Shown piece after piece: positions 52,601 through 59,589 of a DNA stretch of 64,000 nt. The stretch is taken from contig NC_092677.1 in assembly GCF_964355755.1 (NCBI RefSeq), forward strand, positions 6,718,101-6,782,100. Direction: 5' to 3'. The notes below the pieces were generated by a model, which was not told the DNA's origin, did no database searches, and saw nothing but the letters and a program-made list of their open reading frames with translations. Within the stretch, counting starts at the first letter, position 1. The number at the start of each line of letters is the position of its first letter. The position numbers and the translations under genes are program-made. This stretch comes from Antedon mediterranea. Its lineage: Eukaryota > Animalia > Echinodermata.

Positions 52601-52609
52601 CGAGATTAA
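4465..52609 (+). CDS. PIEZO: Piezo-type mechanosensitive ion channel, 49 coding exons, about 2421 aa (whole-gene span)
   Basis: All introns are GT-AG and phases match from ATG 4465 to TAA 52609; the exon sum is 7266 nt using one of the 23A/23B pair. Piezo hallmarks: LFRYNGLSFVYL, AWSITYHSW, LSAYQIRCGYPTRILGNFLTK, PFLMEIRIVMDW (PFEW motif), KYGMGG, ELPNVDRILKLCLDIFLVRE, EEDLMAKLIFLYRSPETLIRFT. Confidence 0.97.
5087..5182 (+). CDS. PIEZO: Piezo exon 2
   Basis: ttctag|GT...AAAG|gtaag; TLFRYNGLSFVYLLLLMCVP. Confidence 0.95.
5534..5656 (+). CDS. PIEZO: Piezo exon 3
   Basis: tttcag|GA...GGAT|gtaag; ATGKYLKIVVAF. Confidence 0.95.
6797..6839 (+). CDS. PIEZO: Piezo exon 4
   Basis: 43 nt, CTEAEKVLRQIGFQR, phase 1-2. 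Confidence 0.92.
7038..7481 (+). CDS. PIEZO: Piezo exon 5
   Basis: LDVTALSSIRLVAPDV...PSMISAVYF...HLVLLYLCQF. Confidence 0.95.
7635..7806 (+). CDS. PIEZO: Piezo exon 6
   Basis: LIGLKAVIKTDC...WPAFVNPGAVLLLYW; donor gtaagt; A-rich acceptor. Confidence 0.9.
8878..9224 (+). mobile_element. 5S rRNA-derived SINE (SINE3-like): 5S head about 8878-8993, body about 200 nt, A-rich tail
   Basis: 5S-like ACCACGTTGAAACACCGGTTCTCGTCAGATCACCGAAGTTAAGCAACG...TGGATGGGAGACC; no T-run terminator after the head; ends in AATAAAATAAAAAATTAAATAAAAA. Confidence 0.8.
9710..9748 (+). CDS. PIEZO: Candidate Piezo cassette exon (QHGYDQLTGQDGL)
   Basis: cctacacag|39 nt open, phase 0-0|gtgagt. Confidence 0.6.
12617..13262. 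repeat. GA-rich minisatellite, unit about 20-21 nt (GAGAGAAGGTGGCACATT-like)
   Basis: Direct tandem repeats with a higher-order duplication. Confidence 0.9.
13347..13412 (+). CDS. PIEZO: Piezo exon 7 (ELVEVQAKPKKHHHKKKSGEHQ)
   Basis: T-rich acceptor ttaaag, 66 nt, phase 0-0, donor CAG|gtacac. Confidence 0.8.
13789..14232. repeat. Tandem repeat, unit about 116 nt built from GTACAGTATGGTA subunits
   Basis: About 3.5 near-identical copies. Confidence 0.9.
14344..14364 (+). CDS. PIEZO: Candidate Piezo microexon (STTSKKK)
   Basis: CT-rich tract then tag|21 nt|gtttgt, phase 0-0, TGCATG 10 nt downstream. Confidence 0.5.
14527..14556 (+). CDS. PIEZO: Candidate Piezo microexon (IETSYNELRL)
   Basis: tttccctaacag|30 nt|gtatgt, phase 0-0. 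Confidence 0.6.
15511..15738 (+). CDS. PIEZO: Piezo exon 8
   Basis: ttccag|LLVDED...KQSYIAALILMM|gtgagt. Confidence 0.93.
16448..16714 (+). CDS. PIEZO: Piezo exon 9
   Basis: AWSITYHSWMSFILLLWAC. Confidence 0.97.
17233..17380 (+). CDS. PIEZO: Piezo exon 10
   Basis: ILYTCMFWLTLRQF. Confidence 0.95.
17592..17803 (+). CDS. PIEZO: Piezo exon 11
   Basis: AKYWILLCGGMFLIVS...KIIYMALFL. Confidence 0.96.
18378..18526 (+). CDS. PIEZO: Piezo exon 12
   Basis: FWWVVVIYSMIVLVLVYTFQF. Confidence 0.96.
18907..19053 (+). CDS. PIEZO: Piezo exon 13
   Basis: LNDIGL...LLIPTSF...QIHYFH. Confidence 0.96.
19088..19335 (-). mobile_element. CORE-type (MIR-like) SINE
   Basis: CCCATTTACACCTGGGTGGAGAG...GTGTCTTGC; homologous to 62895-63168. 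Confidence 0.62.
19513..19800 (+). mobile_element. Deu/Nin-like SINE copy
   Basis: GTGGCCAAACGGATAAG head; GGTCCAGTGTACAC; AAGAGTAGGAGATTACCCCGGTG. Confidence 0.7.
19840..19931 (+). CDS. PIEZO: Piezo exon 14
   Basis: Acidic loop; its phase 2-1 is required to keep the frame. Confidence 0.88.
20345..20493 (+). CDS. PIEZO: Piezo exon 15
   Basis: LWRVIEIHMMKVV. Confidence 0.95.
20772..20932. mobile_element. PIF/Harbinger-type MITE family 2 (copies near 11635-11761, 22359-22478, 37031-37212, 40870-40998, 50691-50768, 54009-54111)
   Basis: TIR AGCTCTGTCTACACTATCAA...TTGATAGTGTAGACAGA(A/G)CT; internal palindrome TGTGATGTGCCCA...TGG(A/G)CACATCACA; at least 7 copies. Confidence 0.8.
20994..21176 (+). 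CDS. PIEZO: Piezo exon 16
   Basis: VTAVNCVFL...CKMIYQL. Confidence 0.95.
21448..21825. mobile_element. Non-autonomous TIR element (Harbinger-like)
   Basis: Imperfect TIRs AATTTTGGTTCGCACTG...CAGTGTAGGACCGAAATT around a GC-richer interior. Confidence 0.45.
21908..21976 (+). CDS. PIEZO: Piezo exon 17
   Basis: SKSTADWLGF...YVQ|gtaagt. Confidence 0.9.
22543..22743 (+). CDS. PIEZO: Piezo exon 18
   Basis: KFMANYGFYKYGLE. Confidence 0.96.
23086..23287 (+). CDS. PIEZO: Piezo exon 19
   Basis: RLDIFAIVY...YCLCLGLPPIFC. Confidence 0.96.
23455..23544 (+). CDS. PIEZO: Piezo exon 20
   Basis: NYIWDG...WLYLP. Confidence 0.95.
24267..24429 (+). CDS. PIEZO: Piezo exon 21
   Basis: ADFFQLLLVSLQWQVF...NPVPNF. 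Confidence 0.96.
24655..24832 (-). mobile_element. Deu/Nin-like SINE copy (degenerate)
   Basis: Similar to the copy at 1513-1744. Confidence 0.6.
25084..25105 (+). CDS. PIEZO: Piezo exon 22 (22-nt microexon, SYLDLCK)
   Basis: ttctag|A TCA TAC TTG GAT CTT TGC AAG|gtatgt; supplies the conserved SYLD motif; phase 2-0. Confidence 0.92.
25365..25528 (+). CDS. PIEZO: Piezo exon 23A (mutually exclusive with 23B)
   Basis: ccaccag|164 nt open|gtaagt, phase 0-2; SAVLGYNFWVCLAILYITATSHTNILGVGYLIIAFSCLGFGRNLLMKPMAEAVK. Confidence 0.85.
25833..25980. mobile_element. PIF/Harbinger-type MITE family 1 (other copies 14741-14863, 26609-26733, 41131-41266)
   Basis: TIRs AGCTTGGTTC(G/C)CACTA...TAGTGG(A/G)AAC(T/C)AAGCT; TTA target duplication. 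Confidence 0.78.
26609..26733. mobile_element. MITE family 1 copy
   Basis: TTA|AGCTGGTTCC...GGAACCAAGCT|TTA. Confidence 0.72.
27190..27353 (+). CDS. PIEZO: Piezo exon 23B (mutually exclusive with 23A)
   Basis: tttacag|164 nt open|gtaagt, phase 0-2; TLVFQYMFYITIAMMFVTGTSRISLFGMFYVLFAMFYFLYGPDYLIRSRRFLLR. Confidence 0.93.
28501..28679 (+). CDS. PIEZO: Piezo exon 24
   Basis: WNLVILYNLCVVIMK...LIQLLGVVC, phase 2-1. Confidence 0.96.
29475..29625 (+). CDS. PIEZO: Piezo exon 25
   Basis: GLSWDIVCFCFLIIQKRIFTSYYF. Confidence 0.96.
30186..30275 (+). CDS. PIEZO: Piezo exon 26 (beam)
   Basis: GAELINEILATKV...LEKVKL. Confidence 0.94.
30361..30677. repeat. 18-nt minisatellite GGGTTACTATTAGAAGG(T/G), about 17 copies, ending in TTTACGGTA
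   Basis: Direct tandem repeats. Confidence 0.93.
30772..30848 (+). CDS. PIEZO: Piezo exon 27 (end of beam / plug)
   Basis: TEKIREKQ...PLDHGE. Confidence 0.93.
30934..31999. mobile_element. Non-autonomous DNA transposon with TTAA target duplication (Kolobok-like)
   Basis: TTAA|AATGGACCTGAAATGGATTTTCGATTTT ... AAAATCGAAATTCCATTTCAGGTCCATT|TTAA; purine-purine termini; no transposase ORF. Confidence 0.8.
32030..33331 (-). mobile_element. Non-autonomous Helitron, both ends intact
   Basis: Minus strand A|TCTATATATAAAT...GAGGGGGAGCGAGCGAAGCGAGCTCACCCTCTAG|T: 5' TC, subterminal hairpin, 3' CTAG, A|T target; second copy at 56809-57774. Confidence 0.82.
33480..34335 (+). pseudogene. Degraded non-LTR retrotransposon (CR1/L2-like) ORF2 reverse transcriptase fragment with a nested LINE 3' tail (about 33935-34045)
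   Basis: LSVSKAT...PLTYLVNLSLSTSTFP...AKILPVFKGGDR..SNYRPISILPILSKI...IDLKKAF...DHSILIDKL with frameshifts; the insert ends in (ATGAA)n and is flanked by GACT. Confidence 0.82.
34500..34937. mobile_element. tRNA-related element with an internal inverted duplication
   Basis: Minus-strand A/B boxes at 34545-34615; 34672-34782 is inverted at 34826-34937. Confidence 0.55.
35091..35266 (+). CDS. PIEZO: Piezo exon 28
   Basis: AIRGTAGYYMFMDESDDD...SPWQ. Confidence 0.94.
35370..35454 (+). CDS. PIEZO: Piezo exon 29
   Basis: LAFQAFMTSPKTALE. Confidence 0.92.
35869..35946 (+). CDS. PIEZO: Piezo exon 30
   Basis: 78 nt, phase 1-1, acidic loop. Confidence 0.85.
36040..36740. repeat. Degenerate tandem repeat (CCCATTATCTGCACTACCA / TCTTCCTCCATAATG modules)
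   Basis: Recurrent modules, including an internal duplication of about 170 nt. Confidence 0.75.
36827..36940 (+). CDS. PIEZO: Piezo exon 31
   Basis: 114 nt, phase 1-1, acidic loop. Confidence 0.87.
37484..37656 (+). CDS. PIEZO: Piezo exon 32
   Basis: LIDSVIGYLDKASEEYRYVAKEL (clasp-like). Confidence 0.94.
37983..38077 (+). CDS. PIEZO: Piezo exon 33
   Basis: Its phase 0-2 is required to keep the frame. Confidence 0.87.
39661..39714 (+). CDS. PIEZO: Piezo exon 34
   Basis: 54 nt, phase 2-2, VTISDDVTTLEIDSATK. Confidence 0.8.
39890..39925 (+). CDS. PIEZO: Candidate Piezo cassette exon (NEPAPDTLLMY)
   Basis: ttcttcccctcaag|36 nt, phase 2-2|gtaagt. Confidence 0.55.
41229..42236. repeat. 84-nt satellite, 12 copies
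   Basis: Near-identical units ATTGCATCTACGTCCTTGCCTCTAGTGGGAACCTCGCTTAAAC...CCAGACAC. Confidence 0.96.
42530..42794 (+). CDS. PIEZO: Piezo exon 35
   Basis: [46 protein letters not shown]. Confidence 0.97.
43112..43291 (+). CDS. PIEZO: Piezo exon 36
   Basis: KYIFQFQFYPW...PRLLGIEK...FLHRSIL. Confidence 0.97.
43732..43858 (+). CDS. PIEZO: Piezo exon 37
   Basis: RHGLWQ followed by acidic loop. Confidence 0.93.
43888..43989 (+). mobile_element. Short Helentron/DINE-1-like (HINE) element; second copy at 53840-53956
   Basis: TTTTAGT.GCGTG...GCGACTCTA...(GTCG)n...GCGACT...GGCCTTGTT, inserted in T-runs. Confidence 0.55.
44118..44184 (+). CDS. PIEZO: Piezo exon 38
   Basis: Its phase 1-2 is required to keep the frame. 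Confidence 0.88.
44659..44797 (+). CDS. PIEZO: Piezo exon 39
   Basis: TDVYVTMFGCDFINF...AFG. Confidence 0.96.
44965..45305 (+). mobile_element. Deu/Nin-like SINE copy (further relics near 29735-29930, 35575-35757 and 38785-38900)
   Basis: GGACTATAAACCG...GGTCCAGTGTACAC...TTAAAGAACC...GAGTAGGAGGTTACCCCG. Confidence 0.72.
45544..45758 (+). CDS. PIEZO: Piezo exon 40
   Basis: NQIPLSFV...VDRAIYLKK. Confidence 0.96.
45797..47100. repeat. 62-nt satellite with 57-nt variant units, about 21 copies; degenerate continuation at 47472-47745
   Basis: ACATGACATGTATTGCAGCAGCATACTAATAGAAATGAC...TTCATAGACTT. Confidence 0.95.
47921..48079 (+). CDS. PIEZO: Piezo exon 41
   Basis: KCLYFGLSAYQIRCGYPTRILGNFLTK. 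Confidence 0.98.
48171..48445. repeat. 98-nt tandem repeat, about 2.8 near-identical copies
   Basis: ATCATTAGGGTGTGACAGCC at 48171, 48269 and 48367. Confidence 0.93.
48482..48629 (+). CDS. PIEZO: Piezo exon 42 (anchor, PFEW motif)
   Basis: IPFLMEIRIVMDWMFTATSLSL...EDIYA. Confidence 0.98.
48680..48968. repeat. Degenerate 31-35 nt minisatellite (GTGATAGAGG...TTTGAGAGT)
   Basis: Recurrent GATAGAGG / TTTGA(A/G)AGT. Confidence 0.75.
49051..49236 (+). CDS. PIEZO: Piezo exon 43 (outer helix)
   Basis: KYGMGG...IIWFPLLFIS. Confidence 0.97.
49728..49826 (+). CDS. PIEZO: Piezo exon 44 (cap/CED)
   Basis: PLFDMNSQ. Confidence 0.94.
50149..50321 (+). CDS. PIEZO: Piezo exon 45 (cap/CED)
   Basis: GESSSSWDISPPGR. 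Confidence 0.96.
50520..50642 (+). CDS. PIEZO: Piezo exon 46 (cap/CED)
   Basis: 123 nt, phase 2-2, open. Confidence 0.9.
51136..51224 (+). CDS. PIEZO: Piezo exon 47 (cap/CED)
   Basis: DLFPPYVKLP. Confidence 0.92.
51921..52107 (+). CDS. PIEZO: Piezo exon 48
   Basis: EWWSV...IYTFNDRV...YG. Confidence 0.95.
52357..52609 (+). CDS. PIEZO: Piezo exon 49 (inner helix and CTD, stop)
   Basis: VIGLYVSLVLVVGRFVR...LYRSPETLIRFTKYKRD*. Confidence 0.98.
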
Positions 52610-53670
52610 ATGATTAAATTAATTGCATTAAAATGAAACTTCAGGACCAAACAACATGTGGTGTCCCATAAGGGAGTTTCTACTGTATGGGATTATGGGA
52701 GGGGATTAATTATATATTCTTCTAGCCTATCTCTGTGAAGATTAGTGGTTTGTGTTTGTAATTTGTAATGCTTATTGAAGATGTTACTGGAAAGTTCAAG
52801 ATGGCACTAATGGTGCTAGCCTACCTCTAGTGTTGGCAGAAGGACTTGCTGTTACAGGTTGCTAAAGCCTATATGCATTATCTTTCATTTGTGGCATATG
52901 TCAAGTTCTGACAAGGTTGCTGTGGTATGCAAAGATGAGATCATAACCTCATTTGATTTAATGACAATATTTTTAGTACTGTACTGTAAGATTGGTAATC
53001 ATAAAACCAAAGAAGTTTTGTAATTTGGTTTTCTCAAGGTTATTCAGATGTAGTTAAGGTATTTAAGTAAACACAAGTAAAACATATGGCTTGGTAAGTT
53101 TAAGCTATGATCATAATTATTCCACCAGTACTAGACATAACGGTGTATTTTTCTTTCTTTTTCCTCGTCGTCCTTTTTGGAATATGTGTTGAAGATTCAA
53201 CAAATTTCCACCGATTTACACCAAAGCATGTTGCCTCCTCAATTACCTGTCTAGTTTAAATACTGCCTTTCATATTATTTTTGTTTTATATGGAAAGGTA
53301 TATGTATATTTAGTACTGTTTTTCATATTAAATCTTTTTAAAGAAAGTGTAAAAATCGGTAGTAGTTTTAGTATCAATGTCTAAACTACATGTTTCATTT
53401 TTGTAAGGATGATAACCGTTAATACAATCTAGATCTATTCAATAGAAAAAAAGTAACATAAATATCGTTTCTTAAATATCATTTCTCGTCTATTTATTCA
53501 TTTTATATGGAAGCTTATAGCGATGACAAATATACATACTATTAGATCATAGTGTCGCCTTAATATGGTGTCCCCTGAAAAGGCGATGGATGTCCGTAGT
53601 GTTAAAACAAAGGTACAAGAAATTGTTAAATATCATACCTTTTTTTAGACAGAAACTTACAACAATGTTA

Positions 53671-53676
53671 AATAAA
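53671..53676 (+). terminator. Candidate Piezo polyadenylation signal (3' UTR about 1.1 kb)
   Basis: AATAAA followed by a T-rich then GT-rich tract (53693-53720). Confidence 0.5.
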
Positions 53677-54339
53677 AATCTTAATTTACATCTTTTTTTT
53701 TCTTATTTTGTTGTGGTTATGTACTAAATGTTTTACCAATGTGTACATATTAATGCATTTATACATGCATTCATTATTTCATCAACGTTTTGTTTAATAT
53801 AACCATGCAATAATATGTATGTTATTACGTATCTTAAGTTTTTAGTCGTGTGGATGCGACTCTATAGTTCACTATGTCAGTCGGTCGGTCGGTCTGTCTG
53901 TCGGTCCGGTATCACTATGCATTGTAGCACGCGACTTCATGGCTGTTGGCCTTGTTTTAATTACAATGCTTTTATTTGATAGAATGTTTTAATTTAAAAT
54001 ACAACTAAAGCTCTGTCAAACTATCAAACTAATACTACTGCCAACAAATGTGATGTGCCCATATATGGACATGATGACGTCACATCACACTTTTTTTGTG
54101 TGATAGTATAGATAAGAATTTATTCGGTGCAGTTTCCTAACTGAAACAGGCATAATAAAGCATACTTTTCTTTACTTGTTTTTTTGTTTGTTTTCCACAA
54201 TACTTTTTTTCTGTTTCATCAGTATGTGATGCAGTAGGTCTTAATTAGGCTCTCTACGACAATATTTTATTTTTGCTTATGGATTAATTTCGAGCGGTTT
54301 GGCCATATGTGTGTTTGCATATAGAACAATATTTCGAAC

Positions 54340-56810
54340 ATATTTCGACCTTTTCTATTTTCGAAAAATGGCCGAAATATACACTTTTTTTAATTCAATA
54401 ATTATGCGATAAAACTGGTTACTATAGCACAATTGACTCTGCACAATGTTTATTATGATATAGTAACCATTTATGTCAAAAATAAAAGGGCCGAAAAATT
54501 TTTCAAAAAATTGCCATTTTTCGACCTTTTTATTTTTCGATAAAACTGGTTACTATTGCACAATTGATATGCGCAGAACGCATTATTCGACTCTGCGCAT
54601 GTTTATTATGCTATAGTAACCATTTACGTAAAAAATGGTTACTATATCACAATTTACATGCGCAGAACGCATTATTCATAATTACATGCACAGAGTCGAA
54701 TAATGCGTTCTGCGCATGTCAATTGTGCTATAGTAACCACTTTTGACATAAATGGTTACTATAGCAAAATAACCATGCGCAGAGTCGAATAATGCGTTCT
54801 GCGCATATCAATTGTGCTATAGTAATCAGTTTTATCGAAAAATAAAAAGGTCGAAAATTGGTCTTTTTTTGAAAAAATCCCTGTACTATAGTACAGGGAA
54901 ATTTCCGAAAAATGGCCAATTTTCGACCTTTTTATTTTGTGACATAAATGGTTACTATAGCATAATAAACATGCGCAGAGTCGAAAAATACGTTCTGCGC
55001 ATGTCAATTGTGCTATTAACCACTTTTGACATAAATGGTTACTATAGCATAATAACCATGCGCAGAGTCAAATAATGCGATCTGCGCATGTCAATTGTGC
55101 TATAGTAACCAGTTTTATCGAAAAATAAAAAGGTCGAAAATTTTTCATTTTTTGAAAAAATACCTGTACTATATAGTACATGGAAATTTGCGAAAAATGG
55201 CCAATTTTCGACCTTTTTATTTTGTGACATAAATGGTTACTATAGCATAATAAACATGCGCAGAGTCGAAAAATACGTTCTGCGTATGTCAATTGTGCTA
55301 TTAACCACTTTTGACATAAATAAAGGGAAATTTTCGAAAAATGGCCAATATTCGACCATTTTATTTTGTGACATAAATGGTTACTATAGCATAATAAACA
55401 TGCGCAGTCTGCGCATGTCAATTGTGCTATAGTAACCACTTTTGACATAAATGGTTACTATAGCATAATAAACATGCGCAGAGTCGAATAATGCGTTCTG
55501 CGCATGTCAATTTTGCTATAGTAACCACTTTTGACATAAATGGTTACTATAGCATAATAACCATGCGCAGAGTCAAATAATACGTTCTGTGCATGTCAAT
55601 TTTGCTATAGTAACCACTTTTGACATAAATGGTTACTATAGCATAATAACCATGCGCAGAGTCAAATAATGCGTTCTGCGCATGTCAATCGTGCTATAGT
55701 AACCACTTTTATCGAAAAATAAAAAGGTTGAAAATTTGTCATTTTTTGAAAAAATCCCTGTACTATAGTACATGGAAATTTTCGAAAAATGGCCAATTTT
55801 CGACCTTTTTATTTTGTGACATAAATGGTTACTATAGCATAATAAACATGCGCAGAGTCGAATAATACGTTCTGCGCATGTCAATTGTGCTATTAACCAC
55901 TTTTGACATAAATGGTTACTATAGCATAATAAACATGCGCAGAGCCGAATAATGCGTTCTGCGCATGTCAATTGTGCTATAGTAACCAGTTTTATCGAAA
56001 AATAAAAAGGTCAAAAATTGGTCTTTTTTGAAAAAAATCCCTGTACTATAGTACAGGGAAATTTTCGAAAAATGGCCAATTTTCGACCTTTTTATTTTGT
56101 GACATAAATGGTTACTATAGCATAATAAACATGCGCAGAGTCGAATAATGCGTTCTGCGCATGTCAATTGTGCTATAGTAACCACTTTTGACATAAATGG
56201 TTACTATAGCAAAATAACCATGCGCAGAGTCGCATAATGCGTTCTGCGCATGTCAATTGTGCTATCTATAGTAACCAGTTTTATCGAAAAATAAAAAGGT
56301 CAAACATTGGTCCTTTTTTGAAAAAATCCCTGTACTACAGTACAGGGAAATTTTCGAAAAATGGCCAATTTTCGACCTTTTTATTTTGTGACATACATGG
56401 TTACGCATAATAAACATGCGCAGAGTCGACTAATGCGTTCTGCGCATGTCGATTGTGCTATAGTAACCACTTTTGACATAAATGGTTTACTATAGCAAAA
56501 TAACCATGCGCAGAGTCGAATAATGCGTTCTGCGCATGTCAATTGTGCTATAGTAACCAGTTTTATCGAAAAATAAAAAGGTCAAACATTGGTCCTTTTT
56601 TGAAAAAATCCCTGTACTATAGTACAGGGAAATTTTCGAAAAATGGCCAATTTTCGACCTTTTTATTTTGTGACATAAATGGTTACTATAGCATAATAAA
56701 CATGCGCAGAGTCGAATAATACGTACTGCGCATGTCAATTGTGCTATTAACCACTTTTGACATAAATGGTTTTATTTTTCGATAAAACTGGTTACTGGTT
56801 ACTGGTTACT
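54340..56810. repeat. Composite palindromic satellite (two hairpin modules) with an inverted left arm
   Basis: Module A GGTTACTATAGCA..CATGCGCAGA..TCTGCGCATG..TGCTATAGTAACC; module B centred on CCCTGTACTATAGTACAGGG; orientation flips near 54685. Confidence 0.93.
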
Positions 56811-57774
56811 CGCTTCGCTCGCTCCCCCTCTAGGAAGTGCAGACGATGGTTCTCGGAATGATAATGACTCGGGTAAAAAGGTTTTAGAAGGACGTTCTCC
56901 TTGTACGGTTTCTGTCGGTTATCATTATTGAAAATGCTTGGCATTCGTAAAACTAAACCTCATTTTCAAATATAGTGTTTATTGTTTGGTAGGGCCGTTA
57001 TAGGTCGTAGGTGGTTAGGCTGAGATCATTTGAGGGAGGTGATTATTCGAGGGATACGTTTAATTTTTCAGTTTTAACAATATGGTAACATTTATAATCA
57101 AATGAAATCCTCTATAGATATGAAAAGTGGTAAAAAAGAATAAAAAATGCTTGGTAAATTGTAGATAACAGTACGATAAATTCAAGACGGCTTGCAACAT
57201 CCCGGGACACAGATAGCCTACAGTTAATCCTGCCAGCTTACTCAATAAAACTCGGCTATCGGGATTTCACTCGATTTTAAACAAAATGTCTTGATCAGAT
57301 CTCCCTATGTAATTTTATAATACTATTCTCCACAATATATTCCAATGCTTTATGGCGTATATTTAATTTGATCTTTATTTTTGCATTATAATTTTTATTT
57401 TTTAACTACTGTACCTTCACAAGTGCGGTCCGTTCAGAAAATAAACAAAAAACTAAAATGGCTATAACGGCCAACTTAGTTGAAACCAGGTTGTTGCAAG
57501 GTGAACTCATCGTGAACTCGGAAATTACTTCGACCCGCGTACAATTGAAGTTGAGTTGAAAATCTACCGATGAAATCGGACATTTTGTTATAAAAACCTT
57601 TATAATATCTTCCTAAGATAGAAATATGGAACAATATCGTAATAGTGAAAACTATAATGTTATCAAATTTACATTTCACAGTACATCCGAGATAGGTATC
57701 CAAGGCAGAGATTTGTACCGAAGTTTTTCCATTGTGCTTGCCTATGTCAGAATTAACCATAATTTATATATAGA
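56809..57774 (-). mobile_element. Non-autonomous Helitron copy, 3' terminus truncated
   Basis: Colinear with 32030-33331; the CTAG end is missing and satellite sequence abuts instead. Confidence 0.8.
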
Positions 57775-59589
57775 TGCGATAATATTGCCATAGATGCGAT
57801 AATATTGCCATATATGCGCATTGTGTTATTATCATCTTATAGCCATAGTAAGTAATTAAGTAAAAAAATGAAAGGGTTAGGATTTTTTTTTTAAATGGCC
57901 ACACTACTGTACACCAGCCAGCTTTTTGCCTTTGATCCTACTTGCCATCCATCCACCTGCAAATTCTCTGGATGCAGCCAAACCTGAAACTTGCTATAAA
58001 AAACTTTACTTCTTGTTTCTCCAAGACCAACGAACGTCTTCACACATCCCGCCAACATTTGGTATTATGCACACATATGTTTGTACTGACGCTTCACGCA
58101 AGCCTCTTGAAACGCCTTACACTTGTCCGTTTTGTGTGGTCAGCAGAGCATCCATACTATATTTAGAGTTACTCCAACAGCAATCGTAATAATTAATTAA
58201 AACAAATATACAAAGACGTACAGCACATTATTTATTCTACATACACAATTGTAAATTTTGGTCATTAATTCAGTAGAGATTTTTTAATATTTATACATCA
58301 AAACATCAGATACATTCCTTGTGAAAACACATCTATTACATTTAACATTTGAACACAAAATTATTTTTTTGAAATTAACAAATTATTAAACAGTGGTTTA
58401 TACTAAGAACCACTGATTTTTTTTTTTACATAATGGTTTTAATAATAAAACTGGTGCATATAAAAATCAGTTAATTGAATGTGCTCTTGAACAATTTAGA
58501 ATTATCTTGATTATTTAATTGTAACATTTTAATTTGAACATAGAGAATAGGCCAATAAATAATTTCCAGTGGTATAATAATTTACATTATTTACTAAAAA
58601 ATATGATGTTTTAGGACAACACTACTGTACACCTGTTTAACAACTGATTTAATACTTAATTCTGTGTCATGTTTCAATTAGCCTCCTTTTGAGCTTCAAG
58701 AGGATTTTTGCTCTTTCTTTAGCCGATTGTTTATTTTGTAAACTTAGGACAAATAAAAAATAAAAGAGTTACTTTAAAACAAAAATCCTACAGTAACAGC
58801 AACTAATTTATATTTTTATTGCCTAATGTTAAACTGCCCTAAAATCATCATTTGAATATTATCACCATACAAGTTTAATAATAACACCCTAAACTTGAAT
58901 CGGACAGAAGATTTTGGTTAACGCCATTGCAATCTGAATATTTTCAATAAATGTCATACCCAGTCAACCTCGGTTCATATGTGTGTTGATTATTATACCA
59001 TTCCTTGTTATATTAAGTTGCACTAAAAAAAGTGATGCACGCACCTTCCCCTCCCCCCCCCCACCCCATCAAAATTAAAGAGGCATTAAATTTAATTTAT
59101 ATTATAATATACAGTAGTTTATTTTTGATAAGCTTTGTAATGATGAACTTTTGGTATTGAATTCTAAAACAAGAATGCATGTATGGGGTTCGATGGCAGT
59201 GAATAGATCAGTATATATAAGAATGTCATTCTAATAGTGTTCAATGCCCTAAGAGCTTGTTCACATTATTCCCATGGTCATATTTGATCAAACAAATACG
59301 GAAACATACTTAATTTATTGTATGAATCAGTAAGACTTAATTTAGTTCATATACAGTTCAGTAAGACTAAAGGTGGGCAAGTTGTGTAAGCGGTCACTTA
59401 TTACCGGTCAAACAATATCTGTCTAACATGATAGACTCAAGCAAACTGTAGCTTATGATTGGTCAACTCACTTACAGTACGTCGTTGCAAGTTGGACCGA
59501 AGTTTACTCTAACTCACTGAGCATTAAATTTCCCTCCAAATATTCTCTACAACCCTAGGGCGGTTTAACAAATTATTGCTTAATACCCA

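Noticed and set aside
54564-56738. Cys-rich repeated ORFs (CAERIIRLCACLLC)
   Set aside because: Translations of the palindromic satellite, with frequent frame breaks.
57900-58190. GC-richer patch with short ORFs
   Set aside because: No recognisable domain or splice structure; the minus frames I translated hit early stops.
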